64,000 nucleotides of DNA from Bernardetia sp. (lineage in GTDB: Bacteria; Bacteroidota; Bacteroidia; Cytophagales; Bernardetiaceae), in NCBI RefSeq assembly GCF_020630935.1, contig NZ_JAHDIG010000005.1:1-64000 (forward strand). Reading direction: 5' to 3'. Position 1 is the stretch's first letter. The number at the start of each line of letters is the position of its first letter. A model generated the notes under the pieces. It saw nothing but the letters and a program-made list of their open reading frames with translations, ran no database searches and was not told the origin of the DNA. The translations under genes were made by a program, and so were the position numbers. Shown here one piece after another: positions 1 to 9,913 of the stretch.

Positions 1-214
1 TTTATTAGTCTATCCTAATCCAATACAGGATGTAGTCAAAGTAAAATCTAAGGATAAAATTTTAGCCATTGATATTTTGAATGTACAAGGGCAAGTTGTT
101 AGTTCTGTTCAGAATTCTAATACCATTAAGCTAAACAATGTAGCTAAGGGAATGTATCTTTTGAAAGTAACAACAGACAAAGGAATTCAGACCAAGCGTA
201 TTGTAAAGGAGTAA
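1..214 (+). CDS. 3' end of a secreted protein carrying a Por/T9SS C-terminal sorting domain (5'-truncated by the window edge)
   Basis: Translation ends ...LNVQGQVVSSVQNSNTIKLNNVAKGMYLLKVTTDKGIQTKRIVKE*, a typical T9SS C-terminal-domain beta-sandwich tail. Stop codon at 212-214. Confidence 0.6.
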   Translation, partial: LLVYPNPIQDVVKVKSKDKILAIDILNVQGQVVSSVQNSNTIKLNNVAKGMYLLKVTTDKGIQTKRIVKE

Positions 215-409
215 ATATTATTAGCGACATAGAAGTAAAATCTAATATCTATGACATTGTTGGTGGTAATCTTACTGCTGATGTAAGAATTGCACCTATT
301 AAATTTTCCAATGTAGAAGCATTGAACCAACTTTTTGATATTAGAGTGGGAGAAAAATAACAGACTATTATAGTAGCACTTTCGCAAAGTTATTTTTTGA
401 CAAAATATT

Positions 410-464
410 GTTTCGTTTCTCCATAGTGCTGGGTTTACAAGTCCAATACTATGGAGAAACGAAC
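410..464. promoter_or_regulatory. Long perfect hairpin: 16-bp stem TTCGTTTCTCCATAGT / ACTATGGAGAAACGAA with a ~20-nt loop
   Basis: Perfect inverted repeat read directly from the sequence at 412-427 and 448-463. It has no canonical U-tract, so its function is unknown (operator, RNA structure or terminator). Confidence 0.4.
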
Positions 465-538
465 TTTACAAAATTAACTGTAATAAGGTTTATTACTTAA
501 CTAAGTTAATTTATCTTGTTATTTGATTCGTTTTATGT

Positions 539-1525
539 ATGACAACTCATAAACAGAGATTTGCACTTTTTCTTGTATTATTCTTTTTTAGTGTATTATA
601 TGTTTCTACATATTTACTAGAATCAAATATTTTCTCTACCCATACATTTAGCCTTGTAGAGACTATAAAAGAAGATGCAAAGCCAAACTATGACGATATA
701 GATATAGAAATGGTAAGAGAATATCTCTACAATACTTCATTTCTTAATTCTAATCAGATAGGAGTGGTTGAGTTTAGTATAAATAAAAAAGAACATGATA
801 CAACAAAATCAGAATATAGTTATTTGGATAGTCCCATAGTTAGAAATGAATTATTGACAGATAAAACCCAAAGAGGACTAACTCAAGTCAAAACAAATAT
901 TATTAGAGATTTAGGAAAATATTACTTCAAAAAAAATCACATAGATAAAGCGTTAGAACACTATTTGTTAGCTTTGGAGTTGGAAGCAAAAGGAAAAAGT
1001 TTATGGTATGTTACTCTATATATTGAAATAGGAGTAGCTTACAAGAAAAAACAGGATTATGAGTCAGCAAAAGAATATTTCCAAAAAGCTCTTTCTCTTT
1101 ACTATGATTTTCCAGAAGCAACCTCTCTTTATAGCTATTCAAAGTTGGCAGAGCTTTATTATGAAGTAGGAGCGTATAAGGAAGCTCTATTATTTGCAGA
1201 TTCTGTTTCCTACTTAGCAAAAGCAATGAATAAAGGACAAAGAAGTGCGTTTTTGTATAGAGCAATTAGCTACTATGAACTTGAAGAGTATGAACAAACT
1301 CTGTTGAATGCAGACAGTATATTGACTTATTCTTCAAAATATGAGATAGAATACGAGCAAGCTCTTATTCTGAAAGCCAATGCTTTACTAGAACTCAAAA
1401 AATATAATGAATCTGAAAATATATTCTCAGATTTATTTTTATGTTCACCTAATCAAGAATATAAAGACTATATATCGTATCAACTATCAAAAATTCATAA
1501 GAGAAACTCTAATCATGAGTTGTAG
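539..1525 (+). CDS. TPR-repeat protein with an N-terminal transmembrane segment
   Basis: N-terminal hydrophobic helix. Several TPR-like units (ALEHYLLALELEAKGK..., AKEYFQKALSLYYDF..., YEQALILKANALLELKKYNESE). Confidence 0.55.
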   Translation: MTTHKQRFALFLVLFFFSVLYVSTYLLESNIFSTHTFSLVETIKEDAKPNYDDIDIEMVREYLYNTSFLNSNQIGVVEFSINKKEHDTTKSEYSYLDSPIVRNELLTDKTQRGLTQVKTNIIRDLGKYYFKKNHIDKALEHYLLALELEAKGKSLWYVTLYIEIGVAYKKKQDYESAKEYFQKALSLYYDFPEATSLYSYSKLAELYYEVGAYKEALLFADSVSYLAKAMNKGQRSAFLYRAISYYELEEYEQTLLNADSILTYSSKYEIEYEQALILKANALLELKKYNESENIFSDLFLCSPNQEYKDYISYQLSKIHKRNSNHEL

Positions 1526-1617
1526 CTTACAACAACAAAATCAAAATAATTTACAACTCAACTTTCAAAGCTAAAGTATTTATTACAATCAAATCTAATG
1601 ATAAAGTATTGATTATT

Positions 1618-1762
1618 AAAATCTTAAATATCCAAGGGCAGATAATTAGCACTGTTAAAAATTATAATACCATTAAACTAAGCAATATAGCTAAGGGAAT
1701 GTATCTCTTAAAAATAACGACAGACAAAGGAATTCAGACCAAGCGTATTGTAAAGGACTAAG
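1618..1762 (+). pseudogene. Orphan T9SS C-terminal-domain remnant, a duplicate of the C-terminal-domain coding sequence at 60-214
   Basis: Translates to ILNIQGQIISTVKNYNTIKLSNIAKGMYLLKITTDKGIQTKRIVKD* but is preceded by in-frame stops and has no long ORF. The last ~45 nt are nearly identical to 168-214. Confidence 0.5.
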
Positions 1763-1802
1763 AGTGAGTTGATAAACCTTGATTGATAATATACAATCTA
1801 CT

Positions 1803-1834
1803 AAACCCTTTCTGATTTTTGGAAAGGGTTTTTT
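1803..1834. terminator. Rho-independent terminator (stem AACCCTTTC/GAAAGGGTT plus T-run), bidirectional between the C-terminal-domain remnant and the mgtE 3' end
   Basis: Perfect 9-bp stem followed by TTTTTT on the + strand. It abuts the mgtE stop codon. Confidence 0.6.
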
Positions 1835-1835
1835 A

Positions 1836-3188
1836 CTATGCAGCTAAAGAGAAAAGCAGTTTTGCCACCGAAAAGTAAATTGCCAATCCCAAGAGGTCAT
1901 TTGCTGTGGTAATAAAAGGTCCTGAAGCAACAGCTGGATTTACCTTAAATTGATTCAAAATAAGTGGTGTAACCGTTCCCATAATAGAAGCAATAATTAC
2001 AACACAAAAGAGCGCAAATGCCACTACCAAGGAAAGTGTAATCTCTCCACCTGTCAAGAGAATATTTGCTCCCAAAACGCACACTCCAATTACAAAGCCA
2101 TTGATGAGAGCTACCAAAAAAGATTTTAAAAGTCGTCGCCAAAAACTTTCTTGTAAACCTCCTGTGTCTGCAAGTGCTTGGACAACCAAAGTAGAAGATT
2201 GAATACCTACATTTCCTCCTGTTGCTGTAATGAGAGGAATAAAAAATGCCATAGCAGGAACGGCAATGAGCTGTCCTTCAAAAAGACCAATAAATTTTGC
2301 CCCCAACATTCCTCCAACCATTCCAATCAGAAGCCACGGCAGCCTAGCACGAGAAAGTAACCAAACACTATCATCTTCTTCTACATCTTCCGAAATACCA
2401 GAAATGGTCTGAAGATTTTGTTCAGCTTGTTCGGTAATAACATCTAAAATATCATCTACTGTAATGCGTCCGAGAAGTTTTTTATTTACATTCACAACTG
2501 GAATGGCTTCTAAGTCATATTTTTGCATCATGCTTGCAACCTCTTCTTCATCTTGATACGAATACACAAAAATAATATCAGGTTCATAAATATCAGCTAT
2601 TTTCGTATTGCGAGGATTTAGTACTAATTTTTTTATTCCGACTCTACCTAATAATTTATCATTATCATCCACGACATAAATAGAATAGATTTTTTCTACA
2701 TTTTCAGTTTGCCTTCTTATTTCCTCAATACACTCTACAACTGTCCAGTTGATGTTTGCCTTTACAAATTCTTTTGCCATCAGACCACCAGCACAGTCTT
2801 CGTCGTAGTGCAAGAGTTCCATTACATTTTGGGGAGCTTCCACATGAGCAATCACTTCTTCCCTCATTTTGATAGGAAGCTCGTTGAGAATATCAGCAGC
2901 ATCGTCAGAATCGGTATAATCCAATATTTCTGCTACTTCAATAGGCTGATAGGTCTTTAAAAAATCTGCTCTTACATCAGTATCCAAATCACTGATAATA
3001 TCGGCTCTAACCTGTTCTGGCAGCAGTCCTAAGATATAATGACAGTCATCTGTCTCTAGCTCATCCAATATGGCTGATATATCGGCTGGATGTAAAGCAG
3101 TTGTTTGAGTAGTAATAAAATTGTTGTCTTTATTTTGAACAGCTTCTGAAAACTGGTCTAAATATTCTTGAGTAAGTGTAAAATTCAC
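1836..3188 (-). CDS. mgtE: Magnesium transporter MgtE
   Basis: N-terminal MgtE_N domain, tandem CBS domains, and a C-terminal transmembrane domain with the GGNVGIQSSTLVVQALA motif. Confidence 0.9.
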   Translation of the reverse strand: MNFTLTQEYLDQFSEAVQNKDNNFITTQTTALHPADISAILDELETDDCHYILGLLPEQVRADIISDLDTDVRADFLKTYQPIEVAEILDYTDSDDAADILNELPIKMREEVIAHVEAPQNVMELLHYDEDCAGGLMAKEFVKANINWTVVECIEEIRRQTENVEKIYSIYVVDDNDKLLGRVGIKKLVLNPRNTKIADIYEPDIIFVYSYQDEEEVASMMQKYDLEAIPVVNVNKKLLGRITVDDILDVITEQAEQNLQTISGISEDVEEDDSVWLLSRARLPWLLIGMVGGMLGAKFIGLFEGQLIAVPAMAFFIPLITATGGNVGIQSSTLVVQALADTGGLQESFWRRLLKSFLVALINGFVIGVCVLGANILLTGGEITLSLVVAFALFCVVIIASIMGTVTPLILNQFKVNPAVASGPFITTANDLLGLAIYFSVAKLLFSLAA

Positions 3189-3397
3189 ACGAGTAAATGA
3201 TTGAGAGTGATAAGAAATAAAAAATGTCTTTCAAAATTATAGTTCCTTTATACAACTTGCAATTACCTACAAGGTTTTTACAATTTTATTTTGATGGGGA
3301 TACATAAAATTATCAAAGACAGTTAAAAATACTGGTTTTTTGCATATTTTATTTACATTTACTTCAATCCCTTTAGTTCATTAATCGTTCATTTCTG

Positions 3398-4660
3398 ATG
3401 CTGAAAAAAATAATATACGCTTTACTTTCATTTATAATTGCTTGTACGCCAAAAATAAATCAACAAGAAGCCACTATATTAGAAAATAAGACAACTACTA
3501 TGCACGAAAATCAGATAGATAGTTTGGCAAATCGCTATCTTGACGTAGGGCGTTTTAGTGGGACAATAGTAGTGTCTGAAAACGGAGCAGTTGTGTTTAA
3601 TAAAAGCTATGGGTTGGCAGACTATTCCAACGTAAAAAACTTTACGGACAGCACAGCTTTCAAAATAGGACATCTTTCAGAGCTATTTACAAAAGCCATT
3701 GTTGAAGATTTGATAAGCAAAAACAAAATAAAAGCTGAGGAACAAATAAAAAATTATATTCCTCAAATAGAAAAGGAATTTACAGTAGAAGAATTATTAA
3801 ATCATACCTCTGGTTTACAAACTATTTCACAAATTCAAGAAGCCAACGAAAATATGCCATATTCTACCTTAGAATATGTTGCTTTGTCAAATTCAGAAAA
3901 TCAAAACGTAGCATCAGAACTAGATTACAATATTTTAGGACTTCTGATTGAAAAAGTTACTGAAAAGAGTTTTGATGAAGTGTTGGAAGATTATGCTCAA
4001 AAGTGGAATTTAGAAAGCACTTATTTTCATAAAACAGATACCACACACCTTGCTATTGGTTATTTATTTTTCAATTATGGTAATCAAGGGTTAAAACTTT
4101 CCCCTGCTCCAAAATACCAAAACAGTACAGCATTTAGCAGTAGAGGAATAAAATCGACAGCATTAGATATTTTGAAATTTACAAAGCAGTTTCCAAATAA
4201 AAATTTTGATACAGAAGGATATTTGATGAATGATGGCTTTAGCTATTCGCTCAAAAAAGATGATTCAAAAGATAGAACTGTCCTTATTTTGAGCAACAGA
4301 AAGCACCCAGTAGCTAGAGAAATGTCGGAAAGCATAGAGAAAATACTAGACGAAGAAGAGTATGAACTTCCTTTGCCTCGCAGGGAAATTGCTATTGATG
4401 TAAATTTGTTGAAAGAATATGAAGGGACGTACTCTTTAAATGAAAATATGAGCCTTACTTTTGTAGCAGAAAAAGATAGTTTGTTTTTTTTGATGGGAGA
4501 AAATAAAATCCGACTTATTCCACAATCTGAAAATCAATTTTTTATGCTAGAGAGTGATGCCTCTACTCGTTTTGAGAGAGATGAAAATGGAAAAGTTACA
4601 AAAGCTATTTTGATGGACGGTTTCTTAGAAGGAAATACCATTATGAAAGTTATGGAATAG
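3398..4660 (+). CDS. Beta-lactamase-fold (serine hydrolase family) lipoprotein, possibly non-catalytic
   Basis: Signal peptide with lipobox (IIAC). The region FKIGHLSELFTKA aligns with the F.IGSxSK.FT motif of class C beta-lactamase-related proteins, but the SxxK Ser and Lys appear to be replaced. Confidence 0.65.
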   Translation: MLKKIIYALLSFIIACTPKINQQEATILENKTTTMHENQIDSLANRYLDVGRFSGTIVVSENGAVVFNKSYGLADYSNVKNFTDSTAFKIGHLSELFTKAIVEDLISKNKIKAEEQIKNYIPQIEKEFTVEELLNHTSGLQTISQIQEANENMPYSTLEYVALSNSENQNVASELDYNILGLLIEKVTEKSFDEVLEDYAQKWNLESTYFHKTDTTHLAIGYLFFNYGNQGLKLSPAPKYQNSTAFSSRGIKSTALDILKFTKQFPNKNFDTEGYLMNDGFSYSLKKDDSKDRTVLILSNRKHPVAREMSESIEKILDEEEYELPLPRREIAIDVNLLKEYEGTYSLNENMSLTFVAEKDSLFFLMGENKIRLIPQSENQFFMLESDASTRFERDENGKVTKAILMDGFLEGNTIMKVME

Positions 4661-5504
4661 ATTTTTTCTGTTGTTCAAAGGCTTCTAACTCTGCTTTGGC
4701 TTCTTTGCTAATCAAGATAAGCAAGAAGCTAAGAGGTAAGATACACAAACCAATTCCTCCAAATATGGCTATTACTGTTGATTGGAAAGTACCAAAAGTA
4801 CGTGAGAAAAAGAAAAATAAGCTACCTGCAAAAATAATACTCATCATTATTACTGCTATCCATCTTCCCCAAACAGGTTTTAGCCAAAGGAATACAGCAA
4901 ACATGTGTAACAGCAATATTACGCCAAATACCCAGTTTAAACCTAAAATATCTCCTAGATTATCTAAATCATCAAAAATCTGTAATAGAAGTGGCAATAC
5001 GCAACTGAAAATTGTAATAGCATAGATACGGTGAAGAAACCAAAAGTAAGGAGAGATATTTGTTGATGAATTATCATCTTTGAATAGGTCAGAATCCAGT
5101 ATTTTGTTATTTGTAGATTTTTCTTTTTGATTCGGAAATCCTATTCTTGAATAAGAAATGAGAAATAAAAAGATAACTATTCCTAAAGCAATGCCTGATA
5201 GTATAGAAACATAATCTTCAATGGTAAAGCCCACAATACATATAAGTAAAATCATAATTGAGGTAGCATAACCTAAAAACCTTGACAAAATTGACTGTGT
5301 AAATAGCCAAAATATAGACGAGGAAAAACAAGATAGTAAACAAAGAGGAGCAATTACGAATAGTGCTGTCTTTATATTCCACTCTAAAAAATCTTCCAAT
5401 TGAATTGGATATTGAGAATAAACAGAGTAAATAGAACTAATAAATAACACAGTCAGTCCCAAATACAAAAGCCCAATAGCTTTTCGAATAGATATATTTT
5501 TCAT
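4650..5504 (-). CDS. Polytopic membrane protein, function unknown
   Basis: Six or more hydrophobic helices. I recognise no family. Confidence 0.45.
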   Translation of the reverse strand: MKNISIRKAIGLLYLGLTVLFISSIYSVYSQYPIQLEDFLEWNIKTALFVIAPLCLLSCFSSSIFWLFTQSILSRFLGYATSIMILLICIVGFTIEDYVSILSGIALGIVIFLFLISYSRIGFPNQKEKSTNNKILDSDLFKDDNSSTNISPYFWFLHRIYAITIFSCVLPLLLQIFDDLDNLGDILGLNWVFGVILLLHMFAVFLWLKPVWGRWIAVIMMSIIFAGSLFFFFSRTFGTFQSTVIAIFGGIGLCILPLSFLLILISKEAKAELEAFEQQKKSIP

Positions 5505-5548
5505 AGTTCATTTTATTTCACAATTCTAGCTCCATTGCCTTCACCTTT

Positions 5549-5600
5549 TCCCTGTTCTGTGACTCACAGAGCAGCAAATATGTACTCTAAAAAAAGGTTT
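5549..5600. repeat. Partial copy (one end plus internal palindrome) of the MITE-like element found at 16731-16863, in reverse orientation. It is flanked by a ~21-bp direct repeat (5525-5548 / 5609-5632) that duplicates the thrB 3' end.
   Basis: TTTTCCCTGTTCTGTGACTCACAGAGCAGCAAATAT is the reverse complement of 16931-16966. The flanking repeat is TTCTAGCTCCATTGCCTTCAC. Confidence 0.45.
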
Positions 5601-6525
5601 AAATTATTCTAGCTCCATTGCCTTCACAGACAGGATTGATATAGGTTTGAATAGGAATATCTACTTCTTGATAAACTTTTTCTAAGGCATTTTTAATTAT
5701 TTCAGCTTGTTCTTTACCTTTTGCCATTGCGAAAATAGAAGGACCAGACCCAGAAATTCCAAAAGCAAGTGCGTCGTTTTCTAGTGCTGCTTGTTTCATT
5801 TCTTTAAATTTAGGAATCAGCAGACTTCGCATCGGCTCAATAACCAAATCTTGTAATGATTCTGAAAATAAATCATAATTTTTTTCATACAAACTGACAA
5901 CAAACGTTCCCATCAGTCCCATTTGCTTGCTAAAAGTAGCTACTGAAAGCGTAGATTTTAAGATTTTTCTTGAATCAGAAGTATTAAGTTTTACGTGTGG
6001 ATAGAGTGTAACAGCATATAAATCTTCCAAAACTGGAAGCTGTAAAATATCGCTTTGTTTGTTTCCTTTGGAGAGAATAATTCCACCCAAAAGAGAAGGG
6101 GCAACATTATCTACGTGTGCACTTCCACACGCCACACGTTCGCCTTCGGCTGCAAAAGCAACCAATTCTTTTGTAGAATATGGTTTTCCGATAAGTTCAT
6201 TATATCCAAAAGCTGCTACTGCACTGCTGGCACTGCTAGAACCCAAACCACTACCTGAAGAGAAGCCTTTTTTCAAGACAATATCAACACCCATAAATTC
6301 ATTGTGGGCTTCCTGCATCTTTCGAATCACGACAGACGAACAGTTTTTATCAACTTCTTTGGGAAGATTTTCTCCATTTATGATTTCTAAAATTTTGTTT
6401 TCGGTAGTGCCATTAGGAGTAAGTGTAATTTCATCACCCATATTTCCCAAAGAAAGCCCTAGAATATCAAAACCGACATTGAAGTTGGCAATAGTGGCTG
6501 GTGCGAAGGCTGTTATTTTTTTCAT
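5599..6525 (-). CDS. thrB: Homoserine kinase
   Basis: GHMP kinase motif GSGLGSSSASSAVAAF. Probable start at MKKITAFAPATIANFNVGFD (6525); the listed ORF extends upstream to 6606. Confidence 0.85.
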   Translation of the reverse strand: MKKITAFAPATIANFNVGFDILGLSLGNMGDEITLTPNGTTENKILEIINGENLPKEVDKNCSSVVIRKMQEAHNEFMGVDIVLKKGFSSGSGLGSSSASSAVAAFGYNELIGKPYSTKELVAFAAEGERVACGSAHVDNVAPSLLGGIILSKGNKQSDILQLPVLEDLYAVTLYPHVKLNTSDSRKILKSTLSVATFSKQMGLMGTFVVSLYEKNYDLFSESLQDLVIEPMRSLLIPKFKEMKQAALENDALAFGISGSGPSIFAMAKGKEQAEIIKNALEKVYQEVDIPIQTYINPVCEGNGARII

Positions 6526-6625
6526 TTTTACATTAAAAAAGTAGGTCAAATGGCTTGCCTTTGACCTAATAATAGAACAATAACCCTCAATAAGAAGTAA
6601 AGCCATCGTTGAGGATTGAAAGGTT

Positions 6626-9118
6626 TTAGTTATTCATAATAAACATCAAATCAGCAAAAACGCCACTTGCTGTTACTGCTGCTCCAGCTCCTGCGCCTTT
6701 GATAACCAATGGTTCATCTACATAACGATTTGTGTTGATGGCAACTACATTGTCTTTTCCCTCCAAGTTATAAAATGGACTATCCGAAGGAATTTCTTGC
6801 AGAGCAACCGATAAATCTCCTTTTTCCATCTTAGCAACTACTTTGAGTTTATTTCCTTTTTCGTTTGCATTTTGATAAAGCGTTTTGAAATGATTTTCGT
6901 GCTTTTTGAGGTTTTCAAAGAGTTCTTCTACCGATTTAGAATTGGTACATTCATCTGGCAAGAAGCTATTGAACGTAATATCTGACATTTCTCTGTTTAG
7001 TCCAGATTCTCTTGAAAGAATAAGGATTTTTCGCATTACATCCAGTCCAGAAAGGTCTATGAGTGGATTGGGTTCGGTATAACCTTCTTCTTTTGCTTGC
7101 AAGACAACATCAGTAAACTGATTTTCTGCATTATAATTGTTGAAAATAAAGTTCAAACTCCCAGAAATAACGGCTTCTATTTTGTTTATCTTGTCGCCAC
7201 TAATTCGAAGGTCATAAATTGTTTTCAAGATAGGCAAGGCAGCTCCTACCGAAGTTTCGTATTTGAAATAGATATTTCTTTCTTTGGCGAGTTTGTTGAG
7301 TTTCAAATACTTTGAGTATTCACTACTACACGCAATTTTATTACAAGTAACTACCGAAATGCTATTTTTGAGTAAAAACTCATATCCTTCACTTACAATA
7401 TCAGAAGCTGTGTTATCAATAAAAACACTATTGCGAAGGTTCAATTCTTTGATTTTTTCAAAATATTCAGTTAATGAAGAATATGTTTTGACATTCTTGT
7501 TTTTTACCTTTTTCTTGAAATTCAAAACCTCTTCTTTGGTTAGTTCTTCCACACCTTCAAAAGTTTCTGATGCTTCTTTTAAAAGCATTTTTTGACTGTT
7601 AGCAATACCTATTATTTTAAGGTTGATTTGATATTCTTCGATGAGTTTTTGCTTTTGAGCAAAGAGAATATTTATAAATTCTGTTCCTACATTGCCAATT
7701 CCTGCAATAAAAACGTGTACATTTTTGACAGCCGAAGCAAAGAACTTTTCATGAATTACATTGAGAGCCTTATCTTCGTCTTTTTTATCGATAACAATAG
7801 AAATATTTCGCTCCGATGCTCCCTGTGCTACTGCTGTTACGTTGATGCCATTTTCTCCAATTGCTCCAAAAACTTTTCCAGCCAAGCCAATCGCATTTTT
7901 CATGTTATCGCCTACAAGTGCTACAATGCACTGATTTTCAGTAGCCTTTACTTCATTCATCCATCCTTTTTCAATCTCTTTTGCAAAAGCTGAATTGAGT
8001 GAATCCTTGGCAGTTTGTAGTTCAGATTGTTTGATTCCTATTCCGATACTTTGCTCAGAACAGCTTTGTGTAATCAAGATAATATTGATATTTGCCTCTT
8101 CTAAAATCTGAAATACTCGTCTTGCGCTGCCCTTCTGTTTAGCAAGTCCGATGCCTGAAACTGTCAAGATAGCAATATCGTCTAAGGAACAAATACCTTG
8201 AATTTTGTTGTCTGTAACTTTGTTTTCATTACTGATAAATGTCCCTTCTTGCTCTGGAAAAAATGTGTTTTTAAGATAAAGAGGAATATTTTTGTTCATG
8301 ACAGGCAAAATAGAAGGTGGATATAACACCTTTGCTCCAAAATATGCCATTTCGAAGGCTTCTTCATAACTCAACTTCTGTAATGAATGTGTTGCCTGTA
8401 CTTTTCTTGGGTTGGCAGTTTGCATTCCATTGACATCACTCCAAATTTCTAAACTGCTTGCATCAACAGCATTTGCATAAATAGAAGCTGAAAAGTCTGA
8501 ACCTCCACGCCCAAGCGTAACTGTTTCACCGTTCTGATTATGTGCAACAAAACCTGCTGCAATATAGCTTTTACTTTTATCAACTTTAGTAAGAATATTT
8601 GTTGTAGTTTTATCTAAATTTAGATGAGCATTTAGATAGTCTTTAGATTCGAAAGTGTTGGTCGAAATTAATTTTCTACTTTCTAGTAAATCTACTTTTA
8701 TTGGATTTTTTGTATTGACAGAGAGATATTTCTGAACGATAATGGAAGAGAGTTGCTCACCGAAACTTAAAATAGTAGCTCGTGTTCGGTCAGAGAGTTC
8801 TCCAAGTGTTCCAACGCTTTCACAGATGGCTTCTAGTTGATTGCATTTTTGTTGAACTTCTACAAAAAGGTCTATCTGATGCGATTCTGAAACAAGTTGT
8901 TTGATAAAATCAAAATGAAAACTTCTAAATTCTTCCAACAAAACAGTATGTTTTCCTTCTAAAGAAAGACTGGCAATTTGTTCTAGTTTATTGGTGATTC
9001 CAGAAAAAGCAGAAACTACGACAATAAAATTTTCAGTTTTTGAAACAAGAATAGCTGCAATTCTTTCAAGATTGGAAGTTGAGGAAACGCTTGTTCCTCC
9101 GAATTTTAAGACGAGCAT
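6626..9118 (-). CDS. thrA: Bifunctional aspartokinase / homoserine dehydrogenase
   Basis: N-terminal MLVLKFGGTSV aspartokinase signature and ACT domains. The C-terminal homoserine dehydrogenase domain has an NAD-binding GIGNVG motif. It sits directly upstream of thrB. Confidence 0.95.
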   Translation of the reverse strand: MLVLKFGGTSVSSTSNLERIAAILVSKTENFIVVVSAFSGITNKLEQIASLSLEGKHTVLLEEFRSFHFDFIKQLVSESHQIDLFVEVQQKCNQLEAICESVGTLGELSDRTRATILSFGEQLSSIIVQKYLSVNTKNPIKVDLLESRKLISTNTFESKDYLNAHLNLDKTTTNILTKVDKSKSYIAAGFVAHNQNGETVTLGRGGSDFSASIYANAVDASSLEIWSDVNGMQTANPRKVQATHSLQKLSYEEAFEMAYFGAKVLYPPSILPVMNKNIPLYLKNTFFPEQEGTFISNENKVTDNKIQGICSLDDIAILTVSGIGLAKQKGSARRVFQILEEANINIILITQSCSEQSIGIGIKQSELQTAKDSLNSAFAKEIEKGWMNEVKATENQCIVALVGDNMKNAIGLAGKVFGAIGENGINVTAVAQGASERNISIVIDKKDEDKALNVIHEKFFASAVKNVHVFIAGIGNVGTEFINILFAQKQKLIEEYQINLKIIGIANSQKMLLKEASETFEGVEELTKEEVLNFKKKVKNKNVKTYSSLTEYFEKIKELNLRNSVFIDNTASDIVSEGYEFLLKNSISVVTCNKIACSSEYSKYLKLNKLAKERNIYFKYETSVGAALPILKTIYDLRISGDKINKIEAVISGSLNFIFNNYNAENQFTDVVLQAKEEGYTEPNPLIDLSGLDVMRKILILSRESGLNREMSDITFNSFLPDECTNSKSVEELFENLKKHENHFKTLYQNANEKGNKLKVVAKMEKGDLSVALQEIPSDSPFYNLEGKDNVVAINTNRYVDEPLVIKGAGAGAAVTASGVFADLMFIMNN

Positions 9119-9265
9119 TTTTTGACATTTATATCACTCATAAAGATATGAGTAACGGCTATTTAATACAATTTGATAAAGAAATTCAAATTTACAGTAT
9201 AATTTTTTGATAGCACAATCTAAAAGCAAAAAATACTTCTTAGCAATAAAATGCACAAAAAAACC

Positions 9266-9297
9266 GATAAAGAATGTCATCAGAGTCTTTCTTTATC
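9266..9297 (-). terminator. Rho-independent terminator for the response-regulator gene (stem GATAAAGAA/TTCTTTATC, then T8 on the minus strand)
   Basis: Perfect 9-bp stem with a 14-nt loop. AAAAAAAA at 9256-9263 on + gives a U-tract on the minus strand. Confidence 0.55.
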
Positions 9298-9326
9298 AGA
9301 TTTTTATCTTACTTGATTAGAATAGA

Positions 9327-9740
9327 TTAATTTTCTGTCATTTCTACAGATTTGTAGATTTTATCAATGAGTTCTTTCTTATCCCAAGGTTTGGACAAGA
9401 AGAATTGCATATTTCCTTTATCAAAAGCATGTTGAATGGCTTCTTCTTCAGCTTGTCCAGAAAGCATTATTTTGGCAACTTTCGGAAACTGTTTGTTTAT
9501 CTCCACCAATAGTTCGTCCCCTTTCATTTCGGGCATGAGCCAGTCTGTAATTACTACAAGTGTATTGATGCTTCGTTCTGTAAGAAAGTCTAGGATTTCT
9601 AAAGCTTCATCTCCACTTTCTGCTGTTTCAATGATAAAATCCTCATTAAACTCTTGCATCAGTTGAATTTTAAGACTTCCTAATATGATATGGTCATCAT
9701 CTACACAAAGAATTGCTTTCGTTTTTTTTGATTTAGCCAT
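9327..9740 (-). CDS. Stand-alone response-regulator receiver (CheY-like) protein
   Basis: REC domain with conserved DD...D...K pattern (ILCVDDDHIILGS..., ITDWLMPEMKG..., SKPW). No output domain. Confidence 0.85.
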   Translation of the reverse strand: MAKSKKTKAILCVDDDHIILGSLKIQLMQEFNEDFIIETAESGDEALEILDFLTERSINTLVVITDWLMPEMKGDELLVEINKQFPKVAKIMLSGQAEEEAIQHAFDKGNMQFFLSKPWDKKELIDKIYKSVEMTEN

Positions 9741-9913
9741 AAGATAAGTATTTTGGAGGTGTGGGTATAATTGAGTAATAGTAATTTAAAGATAGTAAAA
9801 TTATGCTATTCTGATTTAGAAATATACGATGGTGCAATAAAAAAGTAAGTATTATATATTTCTAATATATTAAGTAAAAAAAATAGCTGAAAAAATATGA
9901 TGAAACACTTTGC

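Noticed and set aside
187-387. 66-aa minus-strand ORF overlapping the end of the C-terminal-domain gene
   Set aside because: Overlaps the well-supported + strand C-terminal-domain coding region. No recognisable features.
7097-7993. Three + strand ORFs (72-133 aa) antisense within thrA
   Set aside because: They lie entirely inside a high-confidence 830-aa gene on the opposite strand. Their composition is low-complexity and F/L/I/K-rich, typical of AT-rich antisense frames.
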